Origin: a phage
DNA length: 64,000 nt
Strand: one strand, 5' to 3'
Assembly (NCBI GenBank): GCA_024682255.1
Contig: GCA_024682255.1_4716.1
Every line of letters begins with the position of its first letter. Positions within the stretch are counted from its first letter, which is position 1. Positions 29,168 through 38,701 of the stretch are shown in pieces. The translations under genes and the position numbers were made by a program. Under the pieces are notes generated by a model, which saw only the letters and a program-made list of their open reading frames with translations, had not been told where the DNA came from and did not search any database.

Positions 29168-32077
29168 ATGAACGATATAAATAAAGGGCGCGTCGCCCTC
29201 GAACGTCAAATGAGCAATAATGACGTTGCGAAGGCACTCATGAACAAATTTGTCGCTCCTGCTCCGCAGTCACGTCTTTATAACACACGTGATGCGGAAG
29301 GAGCGAGCGGTCGTTTCGGGTTAGTTGTTCCCGACCAAATGACGATGAACACGGTTACGCGTGCGACCGCGACAAACATCGAGGATAATAAAAACATCCT
29401 CGAGCTGTTCCCTGAACTTAAACGCGTGATGCAGATCTATGTTGCCGCGTTGACGAACCCTAACGATCTTAAGACGGTCGAGATGTTTATCGACAGCGAA
29501 GATTTCCCCGGCAGAGTCGCAGAAATCGTTCAGCCGATGATCGATACCATCGACACGCATTTTAAGAATATCTATAAAATAAAGACGCTTATCCCTCGTA
29601 TCATCGAAGACGTCTTCTTTATCAAGGGCAGTTATAACTTCGTTGTTCTGCCAGAAAGCACACTCGACCGCGCGATTAATGGTAACGGTCAACTGAAACT
29701 TGAAGAATACGGATTTAAAGACAACCATTTTGCAAGTTGGGGGCTTCTAGGTAACGACAGTCGCAAACGCCACGAAAATCAATTACCTGCGACGGTTTCG
29801 ATGGAAGATTATTTCTCAGGCGTTAATGAAACCATACCGTACGATCCTGTTGTTCGCATAGACAGTATCAAGTTTACCAATACCCTGCTTCGCGATAAGG
29901 ACGGTAAATTCATTGAAGCGAAGATCGATATTCCGGATATGGTTACGGTGGTCGATAACCCAGATATCCTCCGCATGCCCATTCTGCATCAGCGTCGAGC
30001 GGCGACAGCGGTACAACGTGCGTTACGTGCAAACACGTTAGGTGGTAGTGGTTTGGTAACACTGTCAGGTGACCCAACCCTAACCGCTAACCGACGTGAG
30101 CTGACGCAAGAACAGGTTAACGAGATCTGGAATAAGCTCAACATCCAGCGCCACACCAAGGTATCTCCCGTTTACGCGCTGGCAACCCCAGATACGCTCG
30201 ATCGTCAAAGCGTCGGTCATCCTGGCGTGATGCACGTACCACCTGAGGCATTAGAACCCGTACATGCGCCTGGTGATCCGGAGAACCATATCGGATATTT
30301 GGTTCAGTTGGATGAGTTTGGTTATCCGGTACGTTTGGTTGAAGATGCAGCGTATTACAAGCAGTTGGAAGGTCGGTTGTCGAAGATCACCGCAGATATC
30401 GCAGGTACGTCAAGCAACGGCATGGCGAGCGAGATGATCGGCGCGGCCAAGAACATGATCCAAGGTACGTCATGTAATCAGGTAGACATGTCGGCCTTCG
30501 TATCGTCGTACGAATCGCTGATGCAACGTTACATCGTTGAACGTATCGTTAACGGTTATCTCGGCAGTGCTGTGGAAATCGGCGCGACATCATCGTTTTA
30601 TCTGTCGATGCTTGCCCGTAGCCTCGCTCACAAGCAGACCCGTGTTTTGTTTATTCCTCGAGAGATGGTGACTTACATCGCCTATGAATACAACAAATAC
30701 GGTATCGGTCGTTCGCTGCTTGAAAGTACGAAGATGATCTCGTCGCAACGAGCCATGCTCATGGTTCAAGAACTGATGGCGAAAATCAAAAGTTCGTTGA
30801 ACTATACGACGCTAAGCGTAATGCTTGAAGACACCGACAGAAACCCGGTCGATACCGTCGAACAAGCACTGCATAGTTTCGCTCGTGTCTACCAGTCTGG
30901 TTTCCCGTTGGGTGAAACTAACCCGATGGATATCATCAATGCGTACGAACGAAGCTCGATTCGATTGAAGGTCGAGGGGAATAACCCACGCTTCCCGAAA
31001 TTGAACACAGACGTCAGTGTTGAGCAGCGTAACTATCAGTCTCCTGATAATGAGCTGATGGATCGTTACCGTCGTGACCATTTCATGGGCTTGGGCGTTT
31101 CTCCGGAGATTATCGATACTTCCTACCAATCTGAATTCGCAGCTTCTGTGATTACAGCTAACGCGATGCAAGAGAAACAGTTCACGGTTTGTCGTGAGGT
31201 GATCACGAATGGATTAACCGATCACATCAAGAAGTACACGGCATACAGTCCTGTGTTGTTGACGTCGTTACGAAACACGGTTCGTGCGAACATGTCTAAG
31301 CTCTCCCAAGCGCAATTGAAGCAACTTTTTGGTAGCGATTTCGAAAACGGTGTTATCCGTAACGTTAACGCTTATCAGGAGATTGACGATCAATCAGCAA
31401 CAATGGATCTGGATTACACTAAACCAGAAGTCCAGGAAGTTATTGCCGATGCTTATGTGTCCATGTTCTTAAACAGCCTGTGTGTGCGTTTACCGGATAG
31501 CAATGCTCGTCGCCTTGAAGATCAGGTACGTGAATATAATCAGTACAAGGAAGCGATTACTGCGCAACTTGATGATTATTTAACGCCTGATTACGTCATG
31601 GGTCTGGGTGGGGTTGATGAAACAACGCTGCAGATGATCCGCGCATGCATTATTGGTACCGCGATGCGTACGTGGGCAAAAGAGAACAACTTCAATCAGG
31701 AGCTGGCTGATCTCTTCAGTCTTGACGATAAGAAGAATGCCGTGCAAGATTGGAAACGTATGTCCATGGAACATATTGAAGTCATGGGTAAATGCATGGG
31801 TGATTTTGCATTGTATATTCAGAATCTGACGAAGAAGATTGAAGAGAAGATGGGAGCTCAAGCACAGGACGGCAGCGTTTCATCTGACGGTTCGTGGTCA
31901 TCCGATTCAAGTAGCGATACCGGTTCTTCTGATGACTTCGGTGGCGGTGACGATTTCGGAGATACCGATTTCGATACCGAAACGATGGAGGAAACCTCAA
32001 CAGAAGAAACAACCACATCTGAGGAAACGACGACCAACACAACGTCAGAAGACGACACTTCAGGTGACATTGTTTAA
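29168..32077 (+). CDS. large hypothetical protein with acidic Ser/Thr/Asp/Glu-rich C-terminal tail
   Basis: 969-aa ORF; ATG with AAGGAG RBS ~10 nt upstream; C-terminus SSDGSWSSDSSSDTGSSDDFGGGDDFGDTDFDTETMEETSTEETTTSEETTT; followed by conserved hairpin. Confidence 0.55.
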   Translation: MNDINKGRVALERQMSNNDVAKALMNKFVAPAPQSRLYNTRDAEGASGRFGLVVPDQMTMNTVTRATATNIEDNKNILELFPELKRVMQIYVAALTNPNDLKTVEMFIDSEDFPGRVAEIVQPMIDTIDTHFKNIYKIKTLIPRIIEDVFFIKGSYNFVVLPESTLDRAINGNGQLKLEEYGFKDNHFASWGLLGNDSRKRHENQLPATVSMEDYFSGVNETIPYDPVVRIDSIKFTNTLLRDKDGKFIEAKIDIPDMVTVVDNPDILRMPILHQRRAATAVQRALRANTLGGSGLVTLSGDPTLTANRRELTQEQVNEIWNKLNIQRHTKVSPVYALATPDTLDRQSVGHPGVMHVPPEALEPVHAPGDPENHIGYLVQLDEFGYPVRLVEDAAYYKQLEGRLSKITADIAGTSSNGMASEMIGAAKNMIQGTSCNQVDMSAFVSSYESLMQRYIVERIVNGYLGSAVEIGATSSFYLSMLARSLAHKQTRVLFIPREMVTYIAYEYNKYGIGRSLLESTKMISSQRAMLMVQELMAKIKSSLNYTTLSVMLEDTDRNPVDTVEQALHSFARVYQSGFPLGETNPMDIINAYERSSIRLKVEGNNPRFPKLNTDVSVEQRNYQSPDNELMDRYRRDHFMGLGVSPEIIDTSYQSEFAASVITANAMQEKQFTVCREVITNGLTDHIKKYTAYSPVLLTSLRNTVRANMSKLSQAQLKQLFGSDFENGVIRNVNAYQEIDDQSATMDLDYTKPEVQEVIADAYVSMFLNSLCVRLPDSNARRLEDQVREYNQYKEAITAQLDDYLTPDYVMGLGGVDETTLQMIRACIIGTAMRTWAKENNFNQELADLFSLDDKKNAVQDWKRMSMEHIEVMGKCMGDFALYIQNLTKKIEEKMGAQAQDGSVSSDGSWSSDSSSDTGSSDDFGGGDDFGDTDFDTETMEETSTEETTTSEETTTNTTSEDDTSGDIV

Positions 32078-32109
32078 ACGGATGTAAAAAAAAAATAACA
32101 CATAGTTAA

Positions 32110-32144
32110 CCTTCTCCCCAACCCGATGAGGGAAGGGGAGAAGG
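32110..32144. terminator. conserved hairpin element (AACCC-GATGA-GGGAA) between convergent genes
   Basis: CCTTCTCCCCAACCCGATGAGGGAAGGGGAGAAGG; A10 tract upstream (T-tract on minus strand); GCTATG downstream. Confidence 0.55.
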
Positions 32145-32161
32145 GCTATGCGCTATTTAAT

Positions 32162-32437
32162 TTATTTCGAGGTTAACCACGATTCAATTGTGGTGAGTTT
32201 GCTTCTCAGTACGCGCCAACTAGGGTGTGGTGGGATCACAGCGCCTTTGTCGATTACGGTTAGCTGAACCTGGTACTTCTGTTGCATACGTGCTACCGTG
32301 TCGCTTATCGAGAGGAAAAGCTGGTAACGTTCATATGCCGTCAGTTCACTGTCCTGTTGAACTGCGTTGGCCGCTAACGTAATTTCGCGTAAGTCCTTTG
32401 CATCCACAGAGACGGTAATGAGTTTATATTGACTCAT
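32162..32437 (-). CDS. hypothetical small protein
   Basis: 91-aa ORF downstream of the 852-aa gene. Confidence 0.4.
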   Translation of the reverse strand: MSQYKLITVSVDAKDLREITLAANAVQQDSELTAYERYQLFLSISDTVARMQQKYQVQLTVIDKGAVIPPHPSWRVLRSKLTTIESWLTSK

Positions 32438-32498
32438 ACGGTTTCCTTATCAACTAGGGTATTGCAAATACAATACCCGTCGTCGGACGATAAGTTAA

Positions 32499-35057
32499 TT
32501 ACTGCTCATCACGTTCCAGCAGATACTCGGAAGCGGTAATACCGTTTACCGTACGTACTGCTTTCAGACGAGTATCATCACTCAGAATCACAGTAACAGA
32601 TTGTAGACCTTTTACTTTGGTTTCGAAGGTCTTGAATACCTGATCCAGCATACGAGCAATGCTTGGGTTGGTTGCAGCCGATGCGTGAGTGTAACCGCTC
32701 TGGTTCAGCTTCAGAATCTTGGCGTTGGTCGGTACGCGAACAACAACATGCGGACGCATCGCGAACACGCTGTGATTAAACCAGTAAGCATCGTTGCTAT
32801 CTTCGTCGGTAACGATGTCCGGATTAACACGCATATCCTCGATAGCCGCATCCGCCAAACGACGTTCGATTTCGTCAGCATCCAGAGAGCCATCTTTCTC
32901 CAGTTCTGCACGATACTCGCTCATGGCAACCAGATGACGTTCACGATTCGCTGCGGATTTTTCGTGAGCTGCTTTCAGGTAGTCATGCATGTTGTACAGT
33001 TCAGCCATGGAAAGACGAATGTTCCACTGACCTTCGCCATCACGATTGCAGTAGAGACACTTCAGCATGTTGACCCAGGTGTAGTAGCAATTGGAGAATT
33101 CATCTTCAATGAACTTCTGGTCCATTTTAAGATCGTGAATCAGCCAACCGGACAGTTCTCCGATATCATCAACGAAGCTAGAGATGGTGGTTTCAGAGAA
33201 GTTCTTCGGTACGATACGTTTGATCAGCTTATTGACGTCTTTGGTCATGCTATCGTTCAGGAAATGCCAAATACGCAGAGGAATGACATCTCGATACTGT
33301 TGCATGATCTGACGATAAGCTTTGATATCGTCGCTACGACCTTTATCAATAGACAACGCATCCAGGAATTCATGGATTGCATCCAGCTCTTTGTCGGTAT
33401 AGGTTCCCAGATAGGAATTGACGGTGGCCAGGAATGCTAATGCGTCGTTTTGGTTAACGTCGGTGTTGGTCTGCTGAATGATCGCCACTGCAGCTTTAGT
33501 TTCAGCATCCTCAACGCTTGACGCTGCGATTGCATCGGTGACGGTAAACAGTTTCATTTCGCGCTGCTCACCGACAACGATTGGCTCACGCTGAACCGGC
33601 TTGTTAAGACTAACACGAACAACTTCTGCTTGCGCGATACGATCCAGTTTTGCCATTTCCTGCTCTGCCATACGACGAGCGGTTGGATCTGATTCAAGTT
33701 CGATGTATTCCACTTCTTCCTCCGTGAGGGATGTAATGTCAACAATGGTTTCATGAAGAATTCCGTTTTCGTCGATACGTGCTCGACGAGCGAAGTGCCT
33801 GAAGTCATACAACGTCGGCCAACGACTATTAGGTGCGTAGTCTTTGGCTTTCAGACGCATCTGCATAAATTCATCATGTTGAACAACACGACCGTAACGC
33901 TTAGCATCTTCGGTCGCATCAATTGGATTAACGGTCTTTGTTGCCGTAGCGGAACGAGCCGTACGAACCGGTTCCGGTTTCACCTGCGCCGGTTCAGGTT
34001 GAACGGGTTTCTGCTGTCCAGCCTTAACATGCCATTCTGGCTCTTCGTACTGTTCAGCAAATTGCTCAGCCGCTGCAAAGATATCGTTGATACCACCAAT
34101 ATCTCCTTCAGGATTTGTCGAGTAAATCCGTGGTTGTGGTGCCTCGTAACGCGGCGCTGTAGCAGCAGGTGCATCATCAACGATAGGATCGTCATCACCA
34201 ACATCATACAAACGGTTGAACGCACAATCCTTCGAATCGATGTACGATGGCGCTTGTGGTTGAACAACCGTCGGCCGAGGTTGTGCGCCGTATCCTGGCG
34301 TTGTTGGAGCCATACCACGCATAACTGCCGGATTAGGCCGGTATTGCGGTTGCGGATAGGTTCCACCATACATGGCGTACGCTGGCTGTTGTGGTTGACC
34401 GTACCCGCCACTAACCATCGCGCTTGCTTGCGGACCACGATAAGTCATCCCCATCTGCATCACCTGCTGCTTCAAACCACGTGACTTCTGAGCGATTTGC
34501 GCCAGGCTCCCACTTTTATTCAGCTGCGTGTACTTATTCGCGGCTTCCGGGTTAATGCGTGATAATTCAATCGCGCGATAATATTCCGGGTACTGATTCG
34601 GTTCAAAGAGCCACGTTACAAGATGATACAGCGCAACTGTGCTCACGGCAGCAGAGACGATCTGGTCGTCGGACGCGTTCTGTGGCATCGGGTTGATGTA
34701 AGAGAACACGTTCCAACAACAGTCTTCAACAAGCGATTCCATCATCATGTCGTTATTGGTATAACGTGCGACGAACTCGGTTTGTATTTTGTCTTGCTGA
34801 GCGAAGTCTTTCAGGACATTAAAGATGGCTTGACGGATTTTGACGATCGTCGCTTCTTGGGTGATGAAGTTATAGTTCTGCTGATATGAGGGTTGTTGGT
34901 ATTGTGGTGGTTGATAGGCGTTATTCGGGTATGCGCCGTACGGCGATTGCTGATACTGTTGCTGACGAACCTGTTCAGCCGTATAATTAACCGTGCTCGT
35001 ATAAGGGTTTTCGCTATAGCCCATTTGTTGATACATGTTGTTACTGCCGTTATACAT
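32499..35057 (-). CDS. large hypothetical protein with Q/Y/N/P-rich low-complexity (prion-like) segments
   Basis: 852 aa; N-terminus MYNGSNNMYQQMGYSENPYTS...QQQYQQSPYGAYPNNAYQPPQYQQPSYQQNYNF and an internal GGYGQPQQPAYAMYGGTYPQPQYRPNP stretch; remainder looks globular. Confidence 0.6.
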   Translation of the reverse strand: MYNGSNNMYQQMGYSENPYTSTVNYTAEQVRQQQYQQSPYGAYPNNAYQPPQYQQPSYQQNYNFITQEATIVKIRQAIFNVLKDFAQQDKIQTEFVARYTNNDMMMESLVEDCCWNVFSYINPMPQNASDDQIVSAAVSTVALYHLVTWLFEPNQYPEYYRAIELSRINPEAANKYTQLNKSGSLAQIAQKSRGLKQQVMQMGMTYRGPQASAMVSGGYGQPQQPAYAMYGGTYPQPQYRPNPAVMRGMAPTTPGYGAQPRPTVVQPQAPSYIDSKDCAFNRLYDVGDDDPIVDDAPAATAPRYEAPQPRIYSTNPEGDIGGINDIFAAAEQFAEQYEEPEWHVKAGQQKPVQPEPAQVKPEPVRTARSATATKTVNPIDATEDAKRYGRVVQHDEFMQMRLKAKDYAPNSRWPTLYDFRHFARRARIDENGILHETIVDITSLTEEEVEYIELESDPTARRMAEQEMAKLDRIAQAEVVRVSLNKPVQREPIVVGEQREMKLFTVTDAIAASSVEDAETKAAVAIIQQTNTDVNQNDALAFLATVNSYLGTYTDKELDAIHEFLDALSIDKGRSDDIKAYRQIMQQYRDVIPLRIWHFLNDSMTKDVNKLIKRIVPKNFSETTISSFVDDIGELSGWLIHDLKMDQKFIEDEFSNCYYTWVNMLKCLYCNRDGEGQWNIRLSMAELYNMHDYLKAAHEKSAANRERHLVAMSEYRAELEKDGSLDADEIERRLADAAIEDMRVNPDIVTDEDSNDAYWFNHSVFAMRPHVVVRVPTNAKILKLNQSGYTHASAATNPSIARMLDQVFKTFETKVKGLQSVTVILSDDTRLKAVRTVNGITASEYLLERDEQ

Positions 35058-35091
35058 TTCTTACGATCCTTTTTATTTATTCGGTTAGGTG

Positions 35092-36891
35092 TCAATCGAT
35101 TATGTCGTGATCGTTAATTTCTACAATTTCTTCATCGAATCGACCGACGTCTTTCTTCAAGCCTGCATTGGTTGCTGCAACGTCATTTGCGATTTGTGGG
35201 GTAATGATTAACCGACCGCGTTCGTCGATAGGTGCGTACATACTGAACTTCTGACGTCCGGTTGGTTCGGAGTGTGGAAGATTCAGATAGCTTGCGCAGA
35301 ACGGGATGGAACCACTAACCAAACGACTCTCGTCAGCCAATGCAGCACCGCCTGCGTTTTGGCTCTGGAGAACAACATGCGTGCTCACTTTGAACAGCAT
35401 GCAATCACCAGGTGACTGAATCGATGTTGCCACTTTCTCACGTTTATCACGATTGCTCTGGATATTGAGAATCGCTTCCGTTGCAACTTGATTTCGCAAC
35501 GCTTTCTGTACATCGCGATTGGTCATCTCTTTACGGTTGTTCTGTCGTTTACCACGTTCTGTGGTTTTAAGATGGAACCCCAGTTTAAAGATGCTCTTAC
35601 GCACATCCTCCATGACATATTCCAACACCATCAATTCCTTACCGAACATCGTCGTGGTATCAACACGACTCATTTCGATAGTAACATTGTCGATCAGATA
35701 CGCCATAAATTCGTAGAAGTCGTCGCAAGGAATATTTTCCTGTTTGAACTTCTTCTGCTGAATCTCGTCAACGTAAAGATCGAGACTGTCGATGTGGTGG
35801 TTTACATCACGCAACAAACGCGCATCCGCATTGTTGTTATTAAAGATAATCAAACCGAGTAATGTACGCCAATGGTCTGGCGCATTCGCGAACTCTTCAA
35901 CCGGATAATCTTCCGGAAAACGATCGTAATAACGGTCGATGAGATACAAGAATGCACCGACAAGGCCAAGAACAATACGTTCCGTGCCTCCGCGTCTTAC
36001 AGCAATTTGAATATCAGGATGTTTGTAACGTACAGCGCTAGCGCTACGACTTTTACCGCTTTTGCTGATACTAAAGCCTTTAGGAATAACCCCCATGGTG
36101 CGATAGATTACCCATTGGTCACGCGGAAAATCGCGTTCAGCAAGGTTCCGTCCGGTTACGGCTTCGACACCCGCAAAACGTCGGAAACACTCACCCACCC
36201 CATACTTCGCAAAGAGATAGTGACCCAGTGTGGTTACGCTGGTGTGGTTGATGTTGTCACCGTTCACTTTACTTTGTTTGGTAAGATGATAGATTTGCGA
36301 CCAGGGTAATGACAGGTAATGACGATAATCGATACCGGTCGGTGTATCATTGCTCAGGAACTGATACGGTGTACGTTTAACCGTGATTTTGTCACGCGGA
36401 AGCATGATGAATGCCATGTCTTTCGTGTAACTGATTACAGGGTCAGCGAGCACCGCGCTGAGAATGAAGTTCGCACCACGTAGACGCATTTTACCACCCT
36501 GACCTACCGCGGGTAATAGGAGAGGATGTCGGATAATGCAGTAGTCCTTTCCGGGTTCACGACGGTCACCTGATTCCATCGCGCCGTACCAGCGGAATTC
36601 TAGCATCACCATAAACACATCGGAAGGCGCAAGGTCGAAGGTCAGCTTACCGCTATCCTTCCCTTTGGTTTTCTTTCCTCCGCTTAAGTAGTGGAACTGT
36701 TCGCGGGCCATACAGCGACGCAGGCCATGATACACCAGATCCTTAGGTAAACTATCTTTGCTGTTCCGCCAAAGACGATCAACATAGGACTCAACATCTT
36801 GCATCTTATCGACGACGATGTTGCGTGCTATCTTCTCGTTCATCTTCGGTGCAAGCTCAGCGACAGCTTTGCAGAATCTAGGATCCATCAC
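35092..36891 (-). CDS. large hypothetical protein
   Basis: 599-aa ORF starting MMDPRF; no motif recognised. Confidence 0.55.
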   Translation of the reverse strand: MMDPRFCKAVAELAPKMNEKIARNIVVDKMQDVESYVDRLWRNSKDSLPKDLVYHGLRRCMAREQFHYLSGGKKTKGKDSGKLTFDLAPSDVFMVMLEFRWYGAMESGDRREPGKDYCIIRHPLLLPAVGQGGKMRLRGANFILSAVLADPVISYTKDMAFIMLPRDKITVKRTPYQFLSNDTPTGIDYRHYLSLPWSQIYHLTKQSKVNGDNINHTSVTTLGHYLFAKYGVGECFRRFAGVEAVTGRNLAERDFPRDQWVIYRTMGVIPKGFSISKSGKSRSASAVRYKHPDIQIAVRRGGTERIVLGLVGAFLYLIDRYYDRFPEDYPVEEFANAPDHWRTLLGLIIFNNNNADARLLRDVNHHIDSLDLYVDEIQQKKFKQENIPCDDFYEFMAYLIDNVTIEMSRVDTTTMFGKELMVLEYVMEDVRKSIFKLGFHLKTTERGKRQNNRKEMTNRDVQKALRNQVATEAILNIQSNRDKREKVATSIQSPGDCMLFKVSTHVVLQSQNAGGAALADESRLVSGSIPFCASYLNLPHSEPTGRQKFSMYAPIDERGRLIITPQIANDVAATNAGLKKDVGRFDEEIVEINDHDIID

Positions 36892-36927
36892 ACACTCCTT
36901 TCAGAAAGTTGCTTAAGCAGATTAAAG

Positions 36928-38364
36928 TTACTTTTTCGATGCCGCTTTCTCAAGAATCTTGAAAAAGGTCATACCTATACCGACAACGGCCGCAGTTATA
37001 CTCGCAGCGGCTTTCCAAACATCGACGTTACGTTGACGTCGCGCTTCTTCCGCCTCACGTTGTCTTTTTGCCTCTTCATCTCGACGACGTAGCTCGGCCG
37101 TGAATTCATCATGCTTACGTTTCGCGTCCTCATCTCGGCGACGCATTTCAGCGATAAATTCATCGTGCTTTCGTTTTGCTTCCTCATCACGACGTTTTAA
37201 ATCAGCTTGATAATCTTCGTGTATTTGTCTACGTAGATCATCTTGACGTTTCATTTCGGCTTGGTGTTGTTCCATCCTACGTTTTTGTTCGTCTTTAAGC
37301 TGATCGAGTTCGGCTTTATGTTGTTCATCACGCAGCTTTGCGTCGGCGCGATGCGCCTCGTGCATCTGTGCGATAACTGCCTTGTGTTCATCCGCCATAC
37401 GTCGCATTTCAGCCATCACCCCTTTAAGGGTTTCTTCTGATGCCTTACGTTCGTAGCTACGTTGGTCGAAATCATTTTTGTAGGCTTCTTTTTGGACGGG
37501 GTCGCGCCAATGCAATGCCGATTCACGTGTCGGAAAAACATTGTACTTCCACATCTCTTTTTCCAAATCTTCGACCGGTACGAAGATGGAGTCATTATTC
37601 CCGAAGGTAACCAACATACCTGGCGCGCCTGCTCCATTCGTTGGTTTTATTTCGAACGCTTTCCCCAGCACGTTAACCCATAAGCTATACGGATTATGAA
37701 AGTCGGGTGGCGTCCAATGGATAGTGAGTTGTGTTCCGAGAATCCGGAAACCCTCTGTTTTTCCCGTCAAGCTCCGCGCGCACGTTGCGATGTAGGGGTG
37801 ATCAATCCCTTTCGTAACGTGGTCTGCGCTTTTGTATTCTCCTTTAACTTTTACGATTGCCACGTTGATTTGCGCGACATAAGCGGGTTGATTAAAGTTC
37901 AACGTGTTGAGGTCAATTTGACATATCTCATCCAGCGTATCGTACCAGTCTTGCTGGTCTAATAGACGCGGCATTTTCTCTGTGTTAACAATACGACGGA
38001 TATGCGGTTTCCTTATCGCGTAACCTGTGCCGTTTTTAACACGGAGTATATCCCGACGTCTACCCGCGTAGACGAAGTTTCTGAATGCACCATTCGCATT
38101 AGATACGTCATGGCTGTCAACTATTACAGGACTACGAAATTTTGAACGTCGTACGATCCTGAATGTATTGCCGTCCTCAACCCTACCAGGAATGTACTGG
38201 AACATATTGTCGGAGGTGATAACCAACACGGTATGGCCAGATTCATTAATACATGCCCATCCTAATTCCAGGTCATATAACGGTTCAGCATAACCGTCAA
38301 TGCGATAAGCGTGCGTACCATCCCACGGTTCGAACGCGGTATCACATATTGGCATGGAGGGCAT
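36928..38364 (-). CDS. hypothetical tail-anchored membrane protein with charged E/R/K repeat helix
   Basis: Start re-assigned to ATG with GGAGG RBS (ORF track began at TTG 38370); globular N-domain, then tandem RRRDEEAKRKHDEF(I/T)AE(M/L) repeats in a ~130-aa E/R/K/Q-rich segment, then C-terminal hydrophobic AAASITAAVVGIGMTFFKIL. Confidence 0.6.
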   Translation of the reverse strand: MPSMPICDTAFEPWDGTHAYRIDGYAEPLYDLELGWACINESGHTVLVITSDNMFQYIPGRVEDGNTFRIVRRSKFRSPVIVDSHDVSNANGAFRNFVYAGRRRDILRVKNGTGYAIRKPHIRRIVNTEKMPRLLDQQDWYDTLDEICQIDLNTLNFNQPAYVAQINVAIVKVKGEYKSADHVTKGIDHPYIATCARSLTGKTEGFRILGTQLTIHWTPPDFHNPYSLWVNVLGKAFEIKPTNGAGAPGMLVTFGNNDSIFVPVEDLEKEMWKYNVFPTRESALHWRDPVQKEAYKNDFDQRSYERKASEETLKGVMAEMRRMADEHKAVIAQMHEAHRADAKLRDEQHKAELDQLKDEQKRRMEQHQAEMKRQDDLRRQIHEDYQADLKRRDEEAKRKHDEFIAEMRRRDEDAKRKHDEFTAELRRRDEEAKRQREAEEARRQRNVDVWKAAASITAAVVGIGMTFFKILEKAASKK

Positions 38365-38572
38365 CGTCAACCTCCATCTGATTGAAAACTATCACGCATA
38401 ACGCATTTCCCTTTTCTTGTTCTTATCAATCCGACAGCCGACGGTTTCAGCATCGTTCCTAGCGCGAGAACGACCTTACGTGTTGTCTATGCCTTATTCA
38501 TCGCAGGCGTCTGTCACCTAGGTAATGTAAGCGTCAAATTTTTTCTATTCGCAACGATAAACGGCATAGAAA

Positions 38573-38602
38573 CCTCCCCCAACCCTTACGGGCTGAGGGA
38601 GG
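38573..38602 (-). terminator. divergent copy of the conserved hairpin, downstream of the putative capsid gene
   Basis: CCTCCCCCAACCCTTACGGGCTGAGGGAGG; upstream flank GGCATAGAAA, downstream CTGACTTATG; a second small hairpin CCGGATGAATGTCCGG lies between it and the capsid stop. Confidence 0.5.
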
Positions 38603-38701
38603 CTGACTTATGTATCACGGTGCCGGATGAATGTCCGGTGCAATGAAACCATCCGCAACGTTGTCGTCAAGAATATCATCCAACGAAGCAGCTACGGTAG
38701 T

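Noticed and set aside
32685-34484. Plus-strand ORFs 32685..33440 (251 aa) and 33753..34484 (243 aa)
   Set aside because: Antisense to the 852-aa minus-strand gene; Cys/Arg/Leu-rich translations typical of spurious reverse-frame ORFs.
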